Shown here one piece after another: positions 7,798-18,226 of a stretch of DNA of 52,227 nucleotides. Both the position numbers and the translations under genes were made by a program. Each line of letters begins with the position of its first letter. Within the stretch, counting starts at the first letter, position 1. The stretch covers positions 1 to 52,227 of the forward strand of contig JAYTOU010000079.1 in assembly GCA_043747615.1 (NCBI GenBank), in the 5' to 3' direction. The stretch is from Myxococcales bacterium. Lineage in GTDB: Bacteria > Myxococcota_A > Polyangia > Polyangiales > Polyangiaceae. The notes below the pieces were generated by a model. The model did no database searches. It was not told the origin of the DNA and was given only the letters and a program-made list of their open reading frames with translations.

Positions 7798-10383
7798 ATG
7801 AAACGATACCTTCGCAGTCAGATCCGCTCACACGCCGTTGCGTCGTTCGTTACGACCGCGCTGGCGTTGATCTTCGTCCCCGGCGAGTCGTCTGCGCAGC
7901 AGGCACCCCCCGGATCGCAGGGAAATCCGGGCAGAATCCGCGTCCAGACGAACTTGGGGACGCCCGATCCGGCGCCGGCCCCACCACCCGCGCCGCCTCC
8001 AATGGGTGGGCCGGGCGCGCCGAATGGAGCCGGTGCATCGGGAGGCTCGCCTCCGTACCGCGGCGTCGTTCCCGGTACGAAGCCGCCGGTAGTGCCCGTT
8101 GGCCCCGGCGCAAAGGCCGGAGCGGGTGACACCGGCACTCTTACTCAGTTCGAGCCAGGCGTGGAGTTCGAACCCAAAAATCCGAACTACAAAGTCGCGT
8201 TCTCTCTCGAAGACGCGGACCTCCCCGAGCTGGTGCGCGTCATCAGTCAGCTCACCGGCAAGCGCTTCATCTTCGGCGGCAAAGTCCGTAACATCAAAGC
8301 CACGGTTTTTTCGCCGCAGAAGGTGACCGTCGCCGAGGCCTACCAGGCCTTTCTGTCCATCCTCGAGACGAACGGGCTCACCGTCATTCCGCACGGACGC
8401 TTCCTCAAGATCGTCGAGACCGCAGGTGTTGCCTCGCAGACGACTCCCATGTTCAACGTGGCTGAGGGCGCGCCCGCCGAAGACCGCTACATCACGCGCA
8501 TGCACCGCCTCGGTCACGTGTCGGCGGACGACGTCGCGGCCGTTCTCGGAAAGTTCAAGACGAAAGAAGGAGACATCGCGGTCTACGGCCCCGGCAATCT
8601 CCTCATCATCACCGATACCGGCACCAACATCCGCCGCATGATGCAGATCGTCGAGGAGATCGACGTCGGTGGTGCTGGAGATCAGATCTGGATCGAGCCC
8701 GTGCACTACGCGACGGCCACGGAAGTGGCGAACCGCGTGAGCGAGCTCTTCGATCTCAAGGGCGGTGCACCGGCGGCCGGCGGAAAAGCGCCAGGCGGAG
8801 CGGCCGCGTCGAGCGGAGGGGATCTCCACGTAGCAAAGATTCTCCCCGACGATCGCACGAACTCGGTGGTGATCGTCTCGACCGAGAAGGCGTATTTACG
8901 CATCCTCGAGATCATCAAGAAGATCGACGTACCGCAGTCGACCGAGGGAGAGATTCACGTCTTCCCGCTCCAGCACGCGGACGCGACGGAGCTGTCCAAG
9001 ACGCTCAACGAGATCATCACGGGCGCGGGGGCTGCGGCCGGAACTGCGGCTCCGAAGCCGGGCGGCGGGAACGCGATCCCTCAGGGGATCTTCGAGGGCG
9101 GTATCAAGGTAAGTCCCGACAAGGCCACGAACTCGATCGTCGTGACCTCCTCGCTGAGGGACTACGCGTCGCTCCGCTCGGTCGTGGATCGCCTCGATTT
9201 GCCGCGTCGTCAGGTGTTCATCGAAGCCGTCATCATGGATCTCTCCATTCGGCGAAACGACATCTTCGGAGTGAACTTCCACGCCGGCGATACCTTCTCG
9301 GCAGGCAGCTCCGGCGATGGTCTCGCGTACGGCGGGCTCAATCCGCTGAAGACGATTCTCCTCCCTGATCCGCAGAGCCTTCAGGGCATGGCCCTCGGCG
9401 TGCGCGGCCCCGGCATCCCCGGGTCGGAAAACCTCCTCGGCACGGGGCTCACCATTCCCGCTTTCGGCGCGCTCATCAACGCGCTCGCGAGCTCGGGCGA
9501 CGCCGACGTCCTCTCGACGCCCCACATCTTGGCGACCGACAACATCCCGGCGGAAATCAACGTCGGAGAAAACATCCCCCTCCAGACGAACAGCGGCGGC
9601 ATCGGCGGACTCCCCAGCGGCGCGGCGGGCGGAGCGGCGGCGGGGCTCGGCGCGCTCGGCGGGTTCGGAATCGGCGCCGCTCCCCAGCGCCAGGACGTTG
9701 GAACGAAGATCAAGCTGACGCCCCACCTCAACGAGTCGAACGAAGTGCGGCTCGAGCTTGCCGAAGAAATCAGCGAGGCCCGCGACCCGCAGGGGCAGCT
9801 CGGCGTCGTCCCGATCACCAAGCGAAACGCCACCACCACCCTTACCGTCGCCGATCAGCAGACGGTCGTGATCGGCGGCCTCATGCGCAACCGGATCACG
9901 CACAGCCAGGAAAAAATTCCGGTCTTGGGCGACATCCCCGTGCTCGGCGCGCTCTTCCGATCGAGCCGAAATGAGCTCCAAAAGTCGAATCTCATCTTGA
10001 TCCTCACGCCGTACATCATTCGCGAGCAGTCCGATCTCCGAACGGTCTTCGAGAGGAAGATGCAGGAGCGCCAGGAGTTCCTCGATCGCTATTTCGTGTT
10101 CAGCGATCAAACGGATTACCAACCGCCGCGCGACTACGCGCGTACGAACGGTGCGGTCGAGCTCATTCGTCAGAGCTACCGCGGCGTCGACGAGAAGAAG
10201 AAGCTCGACGACCTCACGAGGCCGAAGGAGCTTCGTGGTCACGAGCCCGGTCAGCCTCTGGAGATGCCCGCCACCTCGCGCACGAGCGGCGCCAGTGTTG
10301 CAGCTCCGGGCAGCGCGCCGCCGGTCAACGTAAACCCGCCGCCGCGCTCGACGCCGTCTCAGGTCCGGGAGATCGAACGGTAA
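7798..10383 (+). CDS. gspD: Type II secretion secretin GspD
   Basis: Signal peptide, Pro/Gly linker, N0 (FSLEDADLPELV), N-domain repeats, LDLPRRQVFIEAVI, KIPVLGDIPVLGALFR. Confidence 0.95.
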   Translation: MKRYLRSQIRSHAVASFVTTALALIFVPGESSAQQAPPGSQGNPGRIRVQTNLGTPDPAPAPPPAPPPMGGPGAPNGAGASGGSPPYRGVVPGTKPPVVPVGPGAKAGAGDTGTLTQFEPGVEFEPKNPNYKVAFSLEDADLPELVRVISQLTGKRFIFGGKVRNIKATVFSPQKVTVAEAYQAFLSILETNGLTVIPHGRFLKIVETAGVASQTTPMFNVAEGAPAEDRYITRMHRLGHVSADDVAAVLGKFKTKEGDIAVYGPGNLLIITDTGTNIRRMMQIVEEIDVGGAGDQIWIEPVHYATATEVANRVSELFDLKGGAPAAGGKAPGGAAASSGGDLHVAKILPDDRTNSVVIVSTEKAYLRILEIIKKIDVPQSTEGEIHVFPLQHADATELSKTLNEIITGAGAAAGTAAPKPGGGNAIPQGIFEGGIKVSPDKATNSIVVTSSLRDYASLRSVVDRLDLPRRQVFIEAVIMDLSIRRNDIFGVNFHAGDTFSAGSSGDGLAYGGLNPLKTILLPDPQSLQGMALGVRGPGIPGSENLLGTGLTIPAFGALINALASSGDADVLSTPHILATDNIPAEINVGENIPLQTNSGGIGGLPSGAAGGAAAGLGALGGFGIGAAPQRQDVGTKIKLTPHLNESNEVRLELAEEISEARDPQGQLGVVPITKRNATTTLTVADQQTVVIGGLMRNRITHSQEKIPVLGDIPVLGALFRSSRNELQKSNLILILTPYIIREQSDLRTVFERKMQERQEFLDRYFVFSDQTDYQPPRDYARTNGAVELIRQSYRGVDEKKKLDDLTRPKELRGHEPGQPLEMPATSRTSGASVAAPGSAPPVNVNPPPRSTPSQVREIER

Positions 10384-12182
10384 TGACGGAGCAACGCTTT
10401 CTCGGTGAGCTCCTCGCTCGGAGGGGTGCCATTCCCGTCGAGAGGCTCGAGGGGCTCTTCGCCATTCAGCGCGAAAAAGGGGTCGATCTAATCGACCTCC
10501 TCGTGAATACCCAGATCGTCGACGAGGGCACGGTTGCCCGCATCTTGGCCGAAGAGTCGGAGCTCCCCTTCGTCGAGCAGATCGAACCGGACGGAATTTC
10601 GGCAACGCTCGCCACGCGCGTCCCCATCGGATTCGCGAAGGCTCACAAGCTTCTCGTCATCTCGGAGGACGAATCGCGCGTGAACGTCGTGGTCGCCGAT
10701 CCGTTCGACACCGCGGCTCTCGACGACCTCCGGGTCCTCTTCGGCAAACCCGTCGAAGCGTGCGTGGCCACCGGAGATCGGATCACCGACGCCATCAACC
10801 GCGTCTACGAACGTGACGCCGGCGGCGGAGAGCTCGAGACCGACGGTGAGGTCGTCGACGACAGCGACGTGGGCGACATCCTCGACTCGGACGACGAAGC
10901 GCCCGTGATTCGCTGGGTGAACTCGCTCTTCCTGCACGCCATGAAAGAGCGGGCGAGCGACATCCACATCGAGCCCGAGGAGAAGGAGGCCATCGTTCGC
11001 TACCGTATCGACGGTGAGCTCTACATTGCTCGTCGTGCGCCGCGCGCGTTCATGAACAGCATCGTCTCGCGCATCAAGATCGAGAGCGCGCTCAACATCG
11101 CCGAGAAGCGCCTCCCCCAGGACGGCCGCATCACCAAGAAGATCGCCGGAAAGAGCTTCGACATTCGCGTTAGCACCATCCCCACGAGCCGCGGCTACGA
11201 GCGGATCGTGATGCGCCTCTTGAACAAATCGAGCGTCCTCCTCGATCTCCCCGATCTGGGATTCAGCGGACGCGACTACCAGCTGATGGACGCTCTCATC
11301 CGAAGGCCCGACGGGATCATCCTGGTCACCGGCCCCACCGGCTCCGGAAAGACGACGACGCTCTACGCGTGCATCAACCGGATCAACAAACCGAACTTGA
11401 ACATCCTCACCGCCGAGGATCCCGTCGAGTACGAGATCGGTGGGATTCACCAGGTGCACGTGCAGCCGAAGATCGGACTGACCTTCGCAGGCGCGCTCCG
11501 AGCCTTTTTGCGCCAGGATCCGGACGTCGTCATGGTCGGTGAGATCCGCGACAAAGAGACGGTGGACATCGCGATCAACGCGTCCCTCACCGGTCACCTC
11601 GTGCTCTCCACCATCCACACCAACGATGCCGCCGGCGCCGTCACCCGCATGGTGGACATGGGGGTCGAGCCGTTTCTACTCCGCTCGAGCGTGATCGGCA
11701 TTCTCGCCCAGCGTCTCGTCCGCGTGCTCTGTCCGCATTGCAAAGAGCCGTACCCCGCCGAAGACTCGGAGATGGAGGAGCTCGGCCTCGATCAGGGCCG
11801 CGTGCTCGCGCGCGCGCGCCGCAAGCTCAACACCGCTTCCCGCTACTACCCACGGATCGAAGCAGACGACGTGCTCGATCTCGCGCCCGGCGTGCGTCCG
11901 ATGTTCTTCAAGCAAAAGGGCTGCGACCGCTGCTCGAACACCGGCTTCATGGGGCGTCGCGGCATCTACGAGCTGATGCTCATGGACGACGCCATCGGTC
12001 CGCTCGTCCTCAAGAATGCCGACGCACAATCGATCAAGCGGGCCGCGGTCGATCAGGGAATGGACAGCTTGCGCGACGACGGCGCGCGCAAAGTGCTCAC
12101 CGGAATGACGACGGTGGAAGAGGTTCTGGCGGCGACGCAGGAAGACGTAGAAGCGGTCCCTCAGTCGCTGAGGGCCGGATAA
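10383..12182 (+). CDS. gspE: Type II secretion ATPase GspE
   Basis: ASDIHIEP, RLPQDGR, GPTGSGKTT, LRQDPDVVMVGEIRD, LTGHLVLSTIHTND, CxxC...CxxC. Confidence 0.96.
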   Translation: MTEQRFLGELLARRGAIPVERLEGLFAIQREKGVDLIDLLVNTQIVDEGTVARILAEESELPFVEQIEPDGISATLATRVPIGFAKAHKLLVISEDESRVNVVVADPFDTAALDDLRVLFGKPVEACVATGDRITDAINRVYERDAGGGELETDGEVVDDSDVGDILDSDDEAPVIRWVNSLFLHAMKERASDIHIEPEEKEAIVRYRIDGELYIARRAPRAFMNSIVSRIKIESALNIAEKRLPQDGRITKKIAGKSFDIRVSTIPTSRGYERIVMRLLNKSSVLLDLPDLGFSGRDYQLMDALIRRPDGIILVTGPTGSGKTTTLYACINRINKPNLNILTAEDPVEYEIGGIHQVHVQPKIGLTFAGALRAFLRQDPDVVMVGEIRDKETVDIAINASLTGHLVLSTIHTNDAAGAVTRMVDMGVEPFLLRSSVIGILAQRLVRVLCPHCKEPYPAEDSEMEELGLDQGRVLARARRKLNTASRYYPRIEADDVLDLAPGVRPMFFKQKGCDRCSNTGFMGRRGIYELMLMDDAIGPLVLKNADAQSIKRAAVDQGMDSLRDDGARKVLTGMTTVEEVLAATQEDVEAVPQSLRAG

Positions 12183-13622
12183 ATGGCTGTTTTCGAGTAC
12201 AGCGGGCTTCTCGTCTCCAGCGGCAAGCAAGTCAAAGGTGTGCGCGATGCGGACAACCCGAAGGTGCTCCGCGCGGTCCTGAAGCGTGAAGGAATTCTCC
12301 TCACCAACGCGCACGAGGACACGAAGGCGGCCTCCGGCGCGCGCCGCGGAAGGATCAACTTCGGAGCGTTCTTCAATCGCGTCGGGGTGATCGACGTAGC
12401 GATGATGACCCGGCAGCTCGCCACCTTGGTGACCGCGGGCATCCCCCTCGTCGAGTCGGTCACCGCACTCACGGAGCAGGTCGAGAAGCACGAGCTCAAA
12501 CGCGTCCTCACCCAGGTGCGTGATCGCCTGAACGAAGGAACCGCGCTCGCGAAGGCCCTCGAGCCGCATCCGCAAGTTTTCCCGAACCTCTACGTCAACA
12601 TGGTGGCGGCGGGAGAAGCCTCGGGCACGCTCGAAACGGTCCTTGAGCGCTTGGCCGATTTCATGGAAAATCAGGCTCGTTTGAGGGGAAAGGTGAGCGC
12701 GGCGCTTGCCTATCCGATCTTGATGCTCATCATCGGCTCAGTCCTCATCAGCATCATGATGGTGGTCGTCGTCCCGAAGGTGACGAGCATCTTCGCCAGC
12801 CTCGATCGCGCGCTCCCCTGGTACACGGCGCTCCTCATCTTTATCTCCGGCGCGCTAGCTTCCGCTCAGATGGCGGGCTTCATGCTCATGCTGGTCACGA
12901 TGATCAGCGTGCGAAAAGCGCTCGCCGGGGACCCGAACGAGCGCTCTCACGGCAACGGAAAAGAGGCGGCCGGTCCCAAGCAAAAGTCCTCGGGATGGAC
13001 GCTCGCTGCCTTCATCTTCGCGGGTCTCGCGGTCCTCGCCGGCTTCTTCGTCGATTCGCTGCTCGCGTATTTCGAGGGCCTCGGCATCGGTCTCGTCGTC
13101 GGTTTTGCGATCTCGCGCTTCCTCCTCTACATCGCGACGCCCACCGGGAAAATATGGAAAGACGGCACGCTCCTCAAGCTGCCGATCTTCGGGACGCTCC
13201 TCCGGATGCTCGCCGTCGCCCGCTTCTCCCGCACGCTGGCGACGCTCCTCCAGAGCGGCGTGCCGCTGTTGAAGGCCATGGAGATCGTGAAGAACGTTCT
13301 CGACAACGCCAGGCTCGAGAAGGTGATCGACGAGGCCGCAAACTCCATCCGCGAAGGCGCATCGATCGCGCTTCCGCTCAAAAGGAGCGGAGAATTCCCG
13401 CCGATCGTGACCCACATGATCGCCGTCGGGGAGAAGAGCGGGCAGCTCGAGCAGATGCTGGAGAACGTGGCCAAGGCCTACGACACGCAAGTGGAGACGC
13501 GGGTGCAAGCAATGACCAGCCTCCTCGAGCCTCTGATGATCGTGGTCATGGGGGGAGCGGTGGGCTTCATCGCATTTTCCATATTGATGCCGCTCATCCA
13601 AATGAACGACTTCGTGAACTGA
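12183..13622 (+). CDS. gspF: Type II secretion inner-membrane platform protein GspF (with central hydrophobic insertion)
   Basis: RQLATLVTAGIPL, AGEASGTL, SALAYP, GEKSGQL, LLEP repeats. Confidence 0.94.
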   Translation: MAVFEYSGLLVSSGKQVKGVRDADNPKVLRAVLKREGILLTNAHEDTKAASGARRGRINFGAFFNRVGVIDVAMMTRQLATLVTAGIPLVESVTALTEQVEKHELKRVLTQVRDRLNEGTALAKALEPHPQVFPNLYVNMVAAGEASGTLETVLERLADFMENQARLRGKVSAALAYPILMLIIGSVLISIMMVVVVPKVTSIFASLDRALPWYTALLIFISGALASAQMAGFMLMLVTMISVRKALAGDPNERSHGNGKEAAGPKQKSSGWTLAAFIFAGLAVLAGFFVDSLLAYFEGLGIGLVVGFAISRFLLYIATPTGKIWKDGTLLKLPIFGTLLRMLAVARFSRTLATLLQSGVPLLKAMEIVKNVLDNARLEKVIDEAANSIREGASIALPLKRSGEFPPIVTHMIAVGEKSGQLEQMLENVAKAYDTQVETRVQAMTSLLEPLMIVVMGGAVGFIAFSILMPLIQMNDFVN

Positions 13623-13636
13623 CTCGTGAACGAGGA

Positions 13637-14053
13637 ATGATTTCCGTGGCCCGCCGCAGCGATTCTCGCGTTTTTTTCCCTTGGGAGCGCAAGCGTGGCG
13701 TTCTCGGAGCGCTGGGTCGCGCGCGCGCGCAGCTCGTGCTCGTCGTTCTGTCGGCGATCTTCTTCGTGGTTATCGTTCATCGACGTGAAGAGCACGCCGC
13801 CGCCGTCCGCGATACCCGCGCTAAGATCACCACTGCCGAGCGTGCGATCGCGTCGTTCCGCGCGGACCACGGTGGAAAATGTCCGGAGAGCTTCAGCGAG
13901 ATCACCGCCGGAGGATACGCGCACGATCCGCCGATCGACGCGTGGGGACACCAGCTGCGCTTCGCCTGCCCGGGACGACGCGATACCCGAGGCTTCGATG
14001 TGTCGAGCGATGGCCCCGACGGATTACCGGGCGGCCTCGATCGTGTGGAGTAA
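13637..14053 (+). CDS. GspG-like pseudopilin lacking the canonical prepilin motif
   Basis: RBS gagga then ATG; TM segment; DAWG...SDGPDG GspG-type C-terminus; no G|xTLIE. Confidence 0.7.
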   Translation: MISVARRSDSRVFFPWERKRGVLGALGRARAQLVLVVLSAIFFVVIVHRREEHAAAVRDTRAKITTAERAIASFRADHGGKCPESFSEITAGGYAHDPPIDAWGHQLRFACPGRRDTRGFDVSSDGPDGLPGGLDRVE

Positions 14054-14149
14054 CGCATGACTCGCAAAGCCACTTGCCTAGAAACTTCGAGGAGTAACCG
14101 AGACGTTTCACCTGTTGAACCCAACAACCCGACGAGGACGCAGATACCG

Positions 14150-14563
14150 ATGAAACCCTGGAAACTAAGGCAAATCATGCGTCGCCGTCTGAGCCGCGGC
14201 GTGACCCTCATCGAGATCCTGATCGTGCTCGCGATCATCGGCCTCATCGCTGGCGGCGTAGCGGTGTTCGCCGTTCCCCAATTTCAGAAAGCGCAGATCA
14301 AGACTACGAAGCTCAGCGCGGAGTCGCTCCATGAGGCCGCCGAGCTATGGCGCACGACGCACCCCGGCGAATGCCCCACCGCCGAGAGCTTGAAGGCCGA
14401 AAAGATGCTGAGCCCGAGCTCGAAGCTGTCCGACGCCTGGGATGCGCCGTTCAAGATCGCGTGCGACGACGAGAACAGCACGACGGTGTCGAGCTCGGGT
14501 CCCGACAAGAAGGATGGAACGCAGGACGACATTCGCGTGCCCGAGCAAGTTCAACCGAAATAG
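14150..14563 (+). CDS. gspG: Major pseudopilin GspG
   Basis: RG|VTLIEILIVLAII; DAWD...SSGPDK..GTQDDI. Alternative start at 14177. Confidence 0.88.
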   Translation: MKPWKLRQIMRRRLSRGVTLIEILIVLAIIGLIAGGVAVFAVPQFQKAQIKTTKLSAESLHEAAELWRTTHPGECPTAESLKAEKMLSPSSKLSDAWDAPFKIACDDENSTTVSSSGPDKKDGTQDDIRVPEQVQPK

Positions 14564-14571
14564 TCCTGACC

Positions 14572-15339
14572 ATGTCACCCGCGCCCATCCCTGCTCTCCC
14601 AAGGCCGTTCGCTTTGTCAGGCGGTCCACTTCGACTCGCACAGCGCGGGATGACGTTGATGGAGATCCTGATGGTCCTGGCGATTTTTACGCTGGTGACC
14701 GGCGGGGTGGTGATGGGATCCGGGCAGCTCGCGAGCGCGCGTTTGAAGCAGTCGGCAGCCCTCCTCACCGGAGCGGTGAAGGTCGCGTATACGCGAGCAA
14801 CCGCGACGTCGAAGACCCTTCGTCTGGTTCTCGATTTCGAGACCGAGACGATCTGGCTCGAGGAGTCCGCGAGCCCGGCGCTCGTGCAGACGAAAGACGT
14901 CACCGGCACGGGTGGCGCGGATCCCGTGACGACCGCCGAGCAGGCAGCGGTGCAAGAGGGAGATCGCATCATCAAGGGCCCACGCGCGCCGCGGCCCCAC
15001 TTCTCGGCAATCACCTCAGGAGAGATGGGAGAGAAAGACGTCGGCGGTAAGTTCTCGAAGCCGCTGGCGCGTGGCATCAAGTTCCGTGAAGTGCAGACTG
15101 CACACGACGACGCTCCTCGTACGACGGGTCGCGGCTATTTGTATTTTTGGCCCGGTGGTCAGACCGAGCGCGCGTCGATTCAGGTGCACGTCGGTGACTC
15201 GACGGACGACGCGGAGACCCTGACGCTCCTCGTCTCGCCGCTCACCGGGAAGGTGACGATCAAGCCGGGGCCCGTCGCCGTCAGCCAACCCGCAGACGAC
15301 AAGGAAGCCTCCGAGCGTGAAGATCGAGGCTCGCCTTGA
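14572..15339 (+). CDS. gspH: Minor pseudopilin GspH
   Basis: RG|MTLMEILMVL, YLYFWPGG, VSPLTGKV; operon position. Confidence 0.82.
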   Translation: MSPAPIPALPRPFALSGGPLRLAQRGMTLMEILMVLAIFTLVTGGVVMGSGQLASARLKQSAALLTGAVKVAYTRATATSKTLRLVLDFETETIWLEESASPALVQTKDVTGTGGADPVTTAEQAAVQEGDRIIKGPRAPRPHFSAITSGEMGEKDVGGKFSKPLARGIKFREVQTAHDDAPRTTGRGYLYFWPGGQTERASIQVHVGDSTDDAETLTLLVSPLTGKVTIKPGPVAVSQPADDKEASEREDRGSP

Positions 15340-16121
15340 ACCTCACGACACACCGTAAAAATAGGGGTTTTTCGCTGCTCGAGGTGATGGTGGCCATGGC
15401 CATCCTGGGCTTCGCGCTCTCGGTCATTCTTTCCGCGCAGGGGGGGCTCTCGGCGAGCAACCGAAGCGCGGCGAACATGGGCAACGCCGTGAACCTCGGG
15501 CGCTGCAAGATGACGGAGCTCGAGGAGCGCCTCCTTAAGCTGGGGTACCCGGAGATCGACGACCTCAACAGCGACGTCTCGTGCTGCGACGACGACTCCG
15601 GAAAATTTCGGTGTGACACCCGGGTCGAGAAGATCGTCATGCCCAACCCGCCCAGCTCGAGCACGGGTGACGGTGGCGCGCTCGATCTCGCGACCCCGTC
15701 CGGCTCGGCGAGCGGCGCAGGCGGGATCCCCGCTCCAATCAGCAGCCTCATCAACCCCGCGGGCGGCGCAACCCTCGACCTCGACTCGGGCTTGGCCAAC
15801 ATCGGGCAGGCGCTACAGAAGCAGACGGGAGCGGGCGGCGCAGGCGGCATGCTCAACATGGTGATGGGGTTCGTTTACCCGTCGATGAAGATCATGATGG
15901 AGGCCTCGATCCGGCGACTGACCGTCGCGGTGAAATGGAAGGAGGGTCCGAACGAGCGGAACATGACCATCATTCAGTACGTGACCAATCCGCAGCGCGG
16001 CGGGTTCATCAACGGTGTCGCCGATGGAGGCGCCCCGAGCAGTGCCTCGTCAGGCGCGCCCATCAGCGGATCGGGCGGCAGCTCGCCCCCCGCATCCTCA
16101 CCTTTCCAGGTGGGCAAATGA
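15336..16121 (+). CDS. gspI: Minor pseudopilin GspI (with Gly/Ser-rich insertion)
   Basis: RG|FSLLEVMVAMAIL; RRLTVAVKW. Confidence 0.8.
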   Translation: MNLTTHRKNRGFSLLEVMVAMAILGFALSVILSAQGGLSASNRSAANMGNAVNLGRCKMTELEERLLKLGYPEIDDLNSDVSCCDDDSGKFRCDTRVEKIVMPNPPSSSTGDGGALDLATPSGSASGAGGIPAPISSLINPAGGATLDLDSGLANIGQALQKQTGAGGAGGMLNMVMGFVYPSMKIMMEASIRRLTVAVKWKEGPNERNMTIIQYVTNPQRGGFINGVADGGAPSSASSGAPISGSGGSSPPASSPFQVGK

Positions 16122-16819
16122 AGCGCGATCCCTTCAGCCGCTTGCTCGCACGAGGCATGACCTTGATCGAAGTCATGGTCTCGCTCGCCATTCTGGCGAT
16201 GATTTCGCTCCTCATCTACGGCTCGTTCGACTCGCTCAGCATGGGCAAGAAGGGCGAGGCCATCAAGACCGATCGCGCGCGGCAAGGGCGGGGAGCGATC
16301 CTTCGCATCACGCGTGAGCTCTCGGCTGCGTTCCTCTCGACGCACACCCCGCAGAACGCGTCGCTGGTTACCCGGACCACGGCTTTCATCGGCGTCAACT
16401 CGCTGCCCTTCGATCGCCTCGACTTCGCATCGTTCGCGCATCGTCGCGTGGACAAAGACGCGAAGGAGTCGGACCAGGCGGAGGTCGGATATTTCGTGGT
16501 GAAGGATCCGGACGCAGACAAGTTCGATCTGGTGCGTCGTGAGCAGACGCCGATCGACTTCGATCCGAAAAAGGGCGGCGTAGTGAATGTGCTCGCCGAG
16601 AACGTCGAGAGCTTCGATCTGCGCTACCTGGATCCGCTCACCGCGCAATGGCTCGAGTACTGGGACACGACGCAAGCGAGCGGACAGCTCAATCGTCTTC
16701 CCCTGGAGGTTCGGATCACCCTCGTGCTCGCGAACGTTCCGCAGGGCGGCGAGAAAACGTTCACCACGAAGTTGATGCTACCGATGCAGCAACCTCTCTC
16801 CTTCGGTATTCCGCGATGA
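16118..16819 (+). CDS. gspJ: Minor pseudopilin GspJ
   Basis: RG|MTLIEVMVSL; EVGYF, LVRREQ, W..YWD, LPLEVRITL. Confidence 0.85.
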   Translation: MKRDPFSRLLARGMTLIEVMVSLAILAMISLLIYGSFDSLSMGKKGEAIKTDRARQGRGAILRITRELSAAFLSTHTPQNASLVTRTTAFIGVNSLPFDRLDFASFAHRRVDKDAKESDQAEVGYFVVKDPDADKFDLVRREQTPIDFDPKKGGVVNVLAENVESFDLRYLDPLTAQWLEYWDTTQASGQLNRLPLEVRITLVLANVPQGGEKTFTTKLMLPMQQPLSFGIPR

Positions 16820-18210
16820 GCAATCGGATCCTCGCGAGAGCCAAAAAACGCAAAAAAGAGCGGGGAATTGCGCTTTTGATGGTGCTCGGGGCGGTCGCCG
16901 TGATGACCGTTCTGCTCGCCGAGTTCCAGGACGATACGAGCACCGAGCTCGCGGCCGCTGTCGCCGATCGTGACAGCGTGCGCGCCGAGTACATGGCGCG
17001 AAGCTCGATCAATCTGGCCCGCCTGCTCATCGCCACCGAGCCGACCATCCGTCAAGCCATCACGCCGCTCTTCGCCTTTTTGAAGAAGACGCCGCCGCAG
17101 CTGCCCGTGTGGGAGTTTTCCGATCGGCTCCTCGGCGCATTCAACGACTCCGAATCCTCGAAAGGTTTTGCGGGCGCCTTGGGCATCGATCTCTCCCTCG
17201 GAAAGAACCTCGGAATGCCGGGTGGCCGCTTCGAGCTCACCATCGTCGACGAGGACTCGAAGATCGACGCCAACCTCGGAGCGTCGAACGACATCGCGCA
17301 CATCCGCATGGCCAAGGAGCTGATGGGCCTAATGAATGGCATTCAGTTCAACCCTCTCTTTGAGCAACGCGACGGAGCCGGGCAGTTTCACGATCGTCTC
17401 CAGACGTGCCAGGCGATCATCGATTGGGCCGATGTAGACGAGCAAGCCTTCAACTGCGATCTCGCCCAGAGCAATGGGAGCGGCGGCGGCGTGGAAGATG
17501 CCTACTACCAGCTCCTGCCGAAGCCGTATCGCCGCAAGAACGCGCCGTACGACTCGCTCGAGGAGCTCCACATGGTCAACGGTGTGAGCGACGATTTCTG
17601 GGCGACGTTCGTCGATCCTGATCCCACCAAGCCGAGTAAGCGGGCGGTCACCGTGTGGGGGCAGGGCGCGATCAACGTGAACACAGCGAACGCCCAGGTT
17701 CTTCTCGGAGTCACCTGCGCGGGAGCTCCCGCCGCCGAGATCTGCACCGATCCAGCGCAAGCCAGCATGTTCCTCATGGGGGTCACGATGGCCCAAGGCA
17801 TCACCATGGGTGCTCCGCTCTTCGGCGCGCCGAACGATTTCATCGACACCATGAAGGGTAAGGGGCAGCTCGGGCCGATGCTCGCCACCATGGGGATGAA
17901 GCCCGTGAAGTTCCTCTCGGAGAGCGAGTTCGCCAAGAGCATCACCACCGAGAGCAAGATGTTCTCGATCTACGCGGTCGGCGTAGTCAAAGGTTACAAG
18001 CGCGAGACGCGCCTCTCGATCCACGCTGTGGTCGACTTTCGTTCTGCGCCCGATCTCAGCAAGCCTCCGCCAGCGGGCGCACCAGGCGCACCCGGCAGTC
18101 CGCCAACGAGCGGCGGCGCGAGCCAAGTCCAAGCGGGAAAACCAGATGCCATCGCCGGCACCGTCGGTCCGAACACGGGCGGAACCATCGTCTACTTTCA
18201 CATCGAATGA
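16816..18210 (+). CDS. gspK: Minor pseudopilin GspK
   Basis: RG|IALLMVL (no E5, as in GspK), DEDSKIDAN, AIIDWAD, SLEELHMVNGV, INVNTA. Confidence 0.88.
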   Translation: MSNRILARAKKRKKERGIALLMVLGAVAVMTVLLAEFQDDTSTELAAAVADRDSVRAEYMARSSINLARLLIATEPTIRQAITPLFAFLKKTPPQLPVWEFSDRLLGAFNDSESSKGFAGALGIDLSLGKNLGMPGGRFELTIVDEDSKIDANLGASNDIAHIRMAKELMGLMNGIQFNPLFEQRDGAGQFHDRLQTCQAIIDWADVDEQAFNCDLAQSNGSGGGVEDAYYQLLPKPYRRKNAPYDSLEELHMVNGVSDDFWATFVDPDPTKPSKRAVTVWGQGAINVNTANAQVLLGVTCAGAPAAEICTDPAQASMFLMGVTMAQGITMGAPLFGAPNDFIDTMKGKGQLGPMLATMGMKPVKFLSESEFAKSITTESKMFSIYAVGVVKGYKRETRLSIHAVVDFRSAPDLSKPPPAGAPGAPGSPPTSGGASQVQAGKPDAIAGTVGPNTGGTIVYFHIE

Positions 18211-18226
18211 AAATGAAGAAGAGAGC

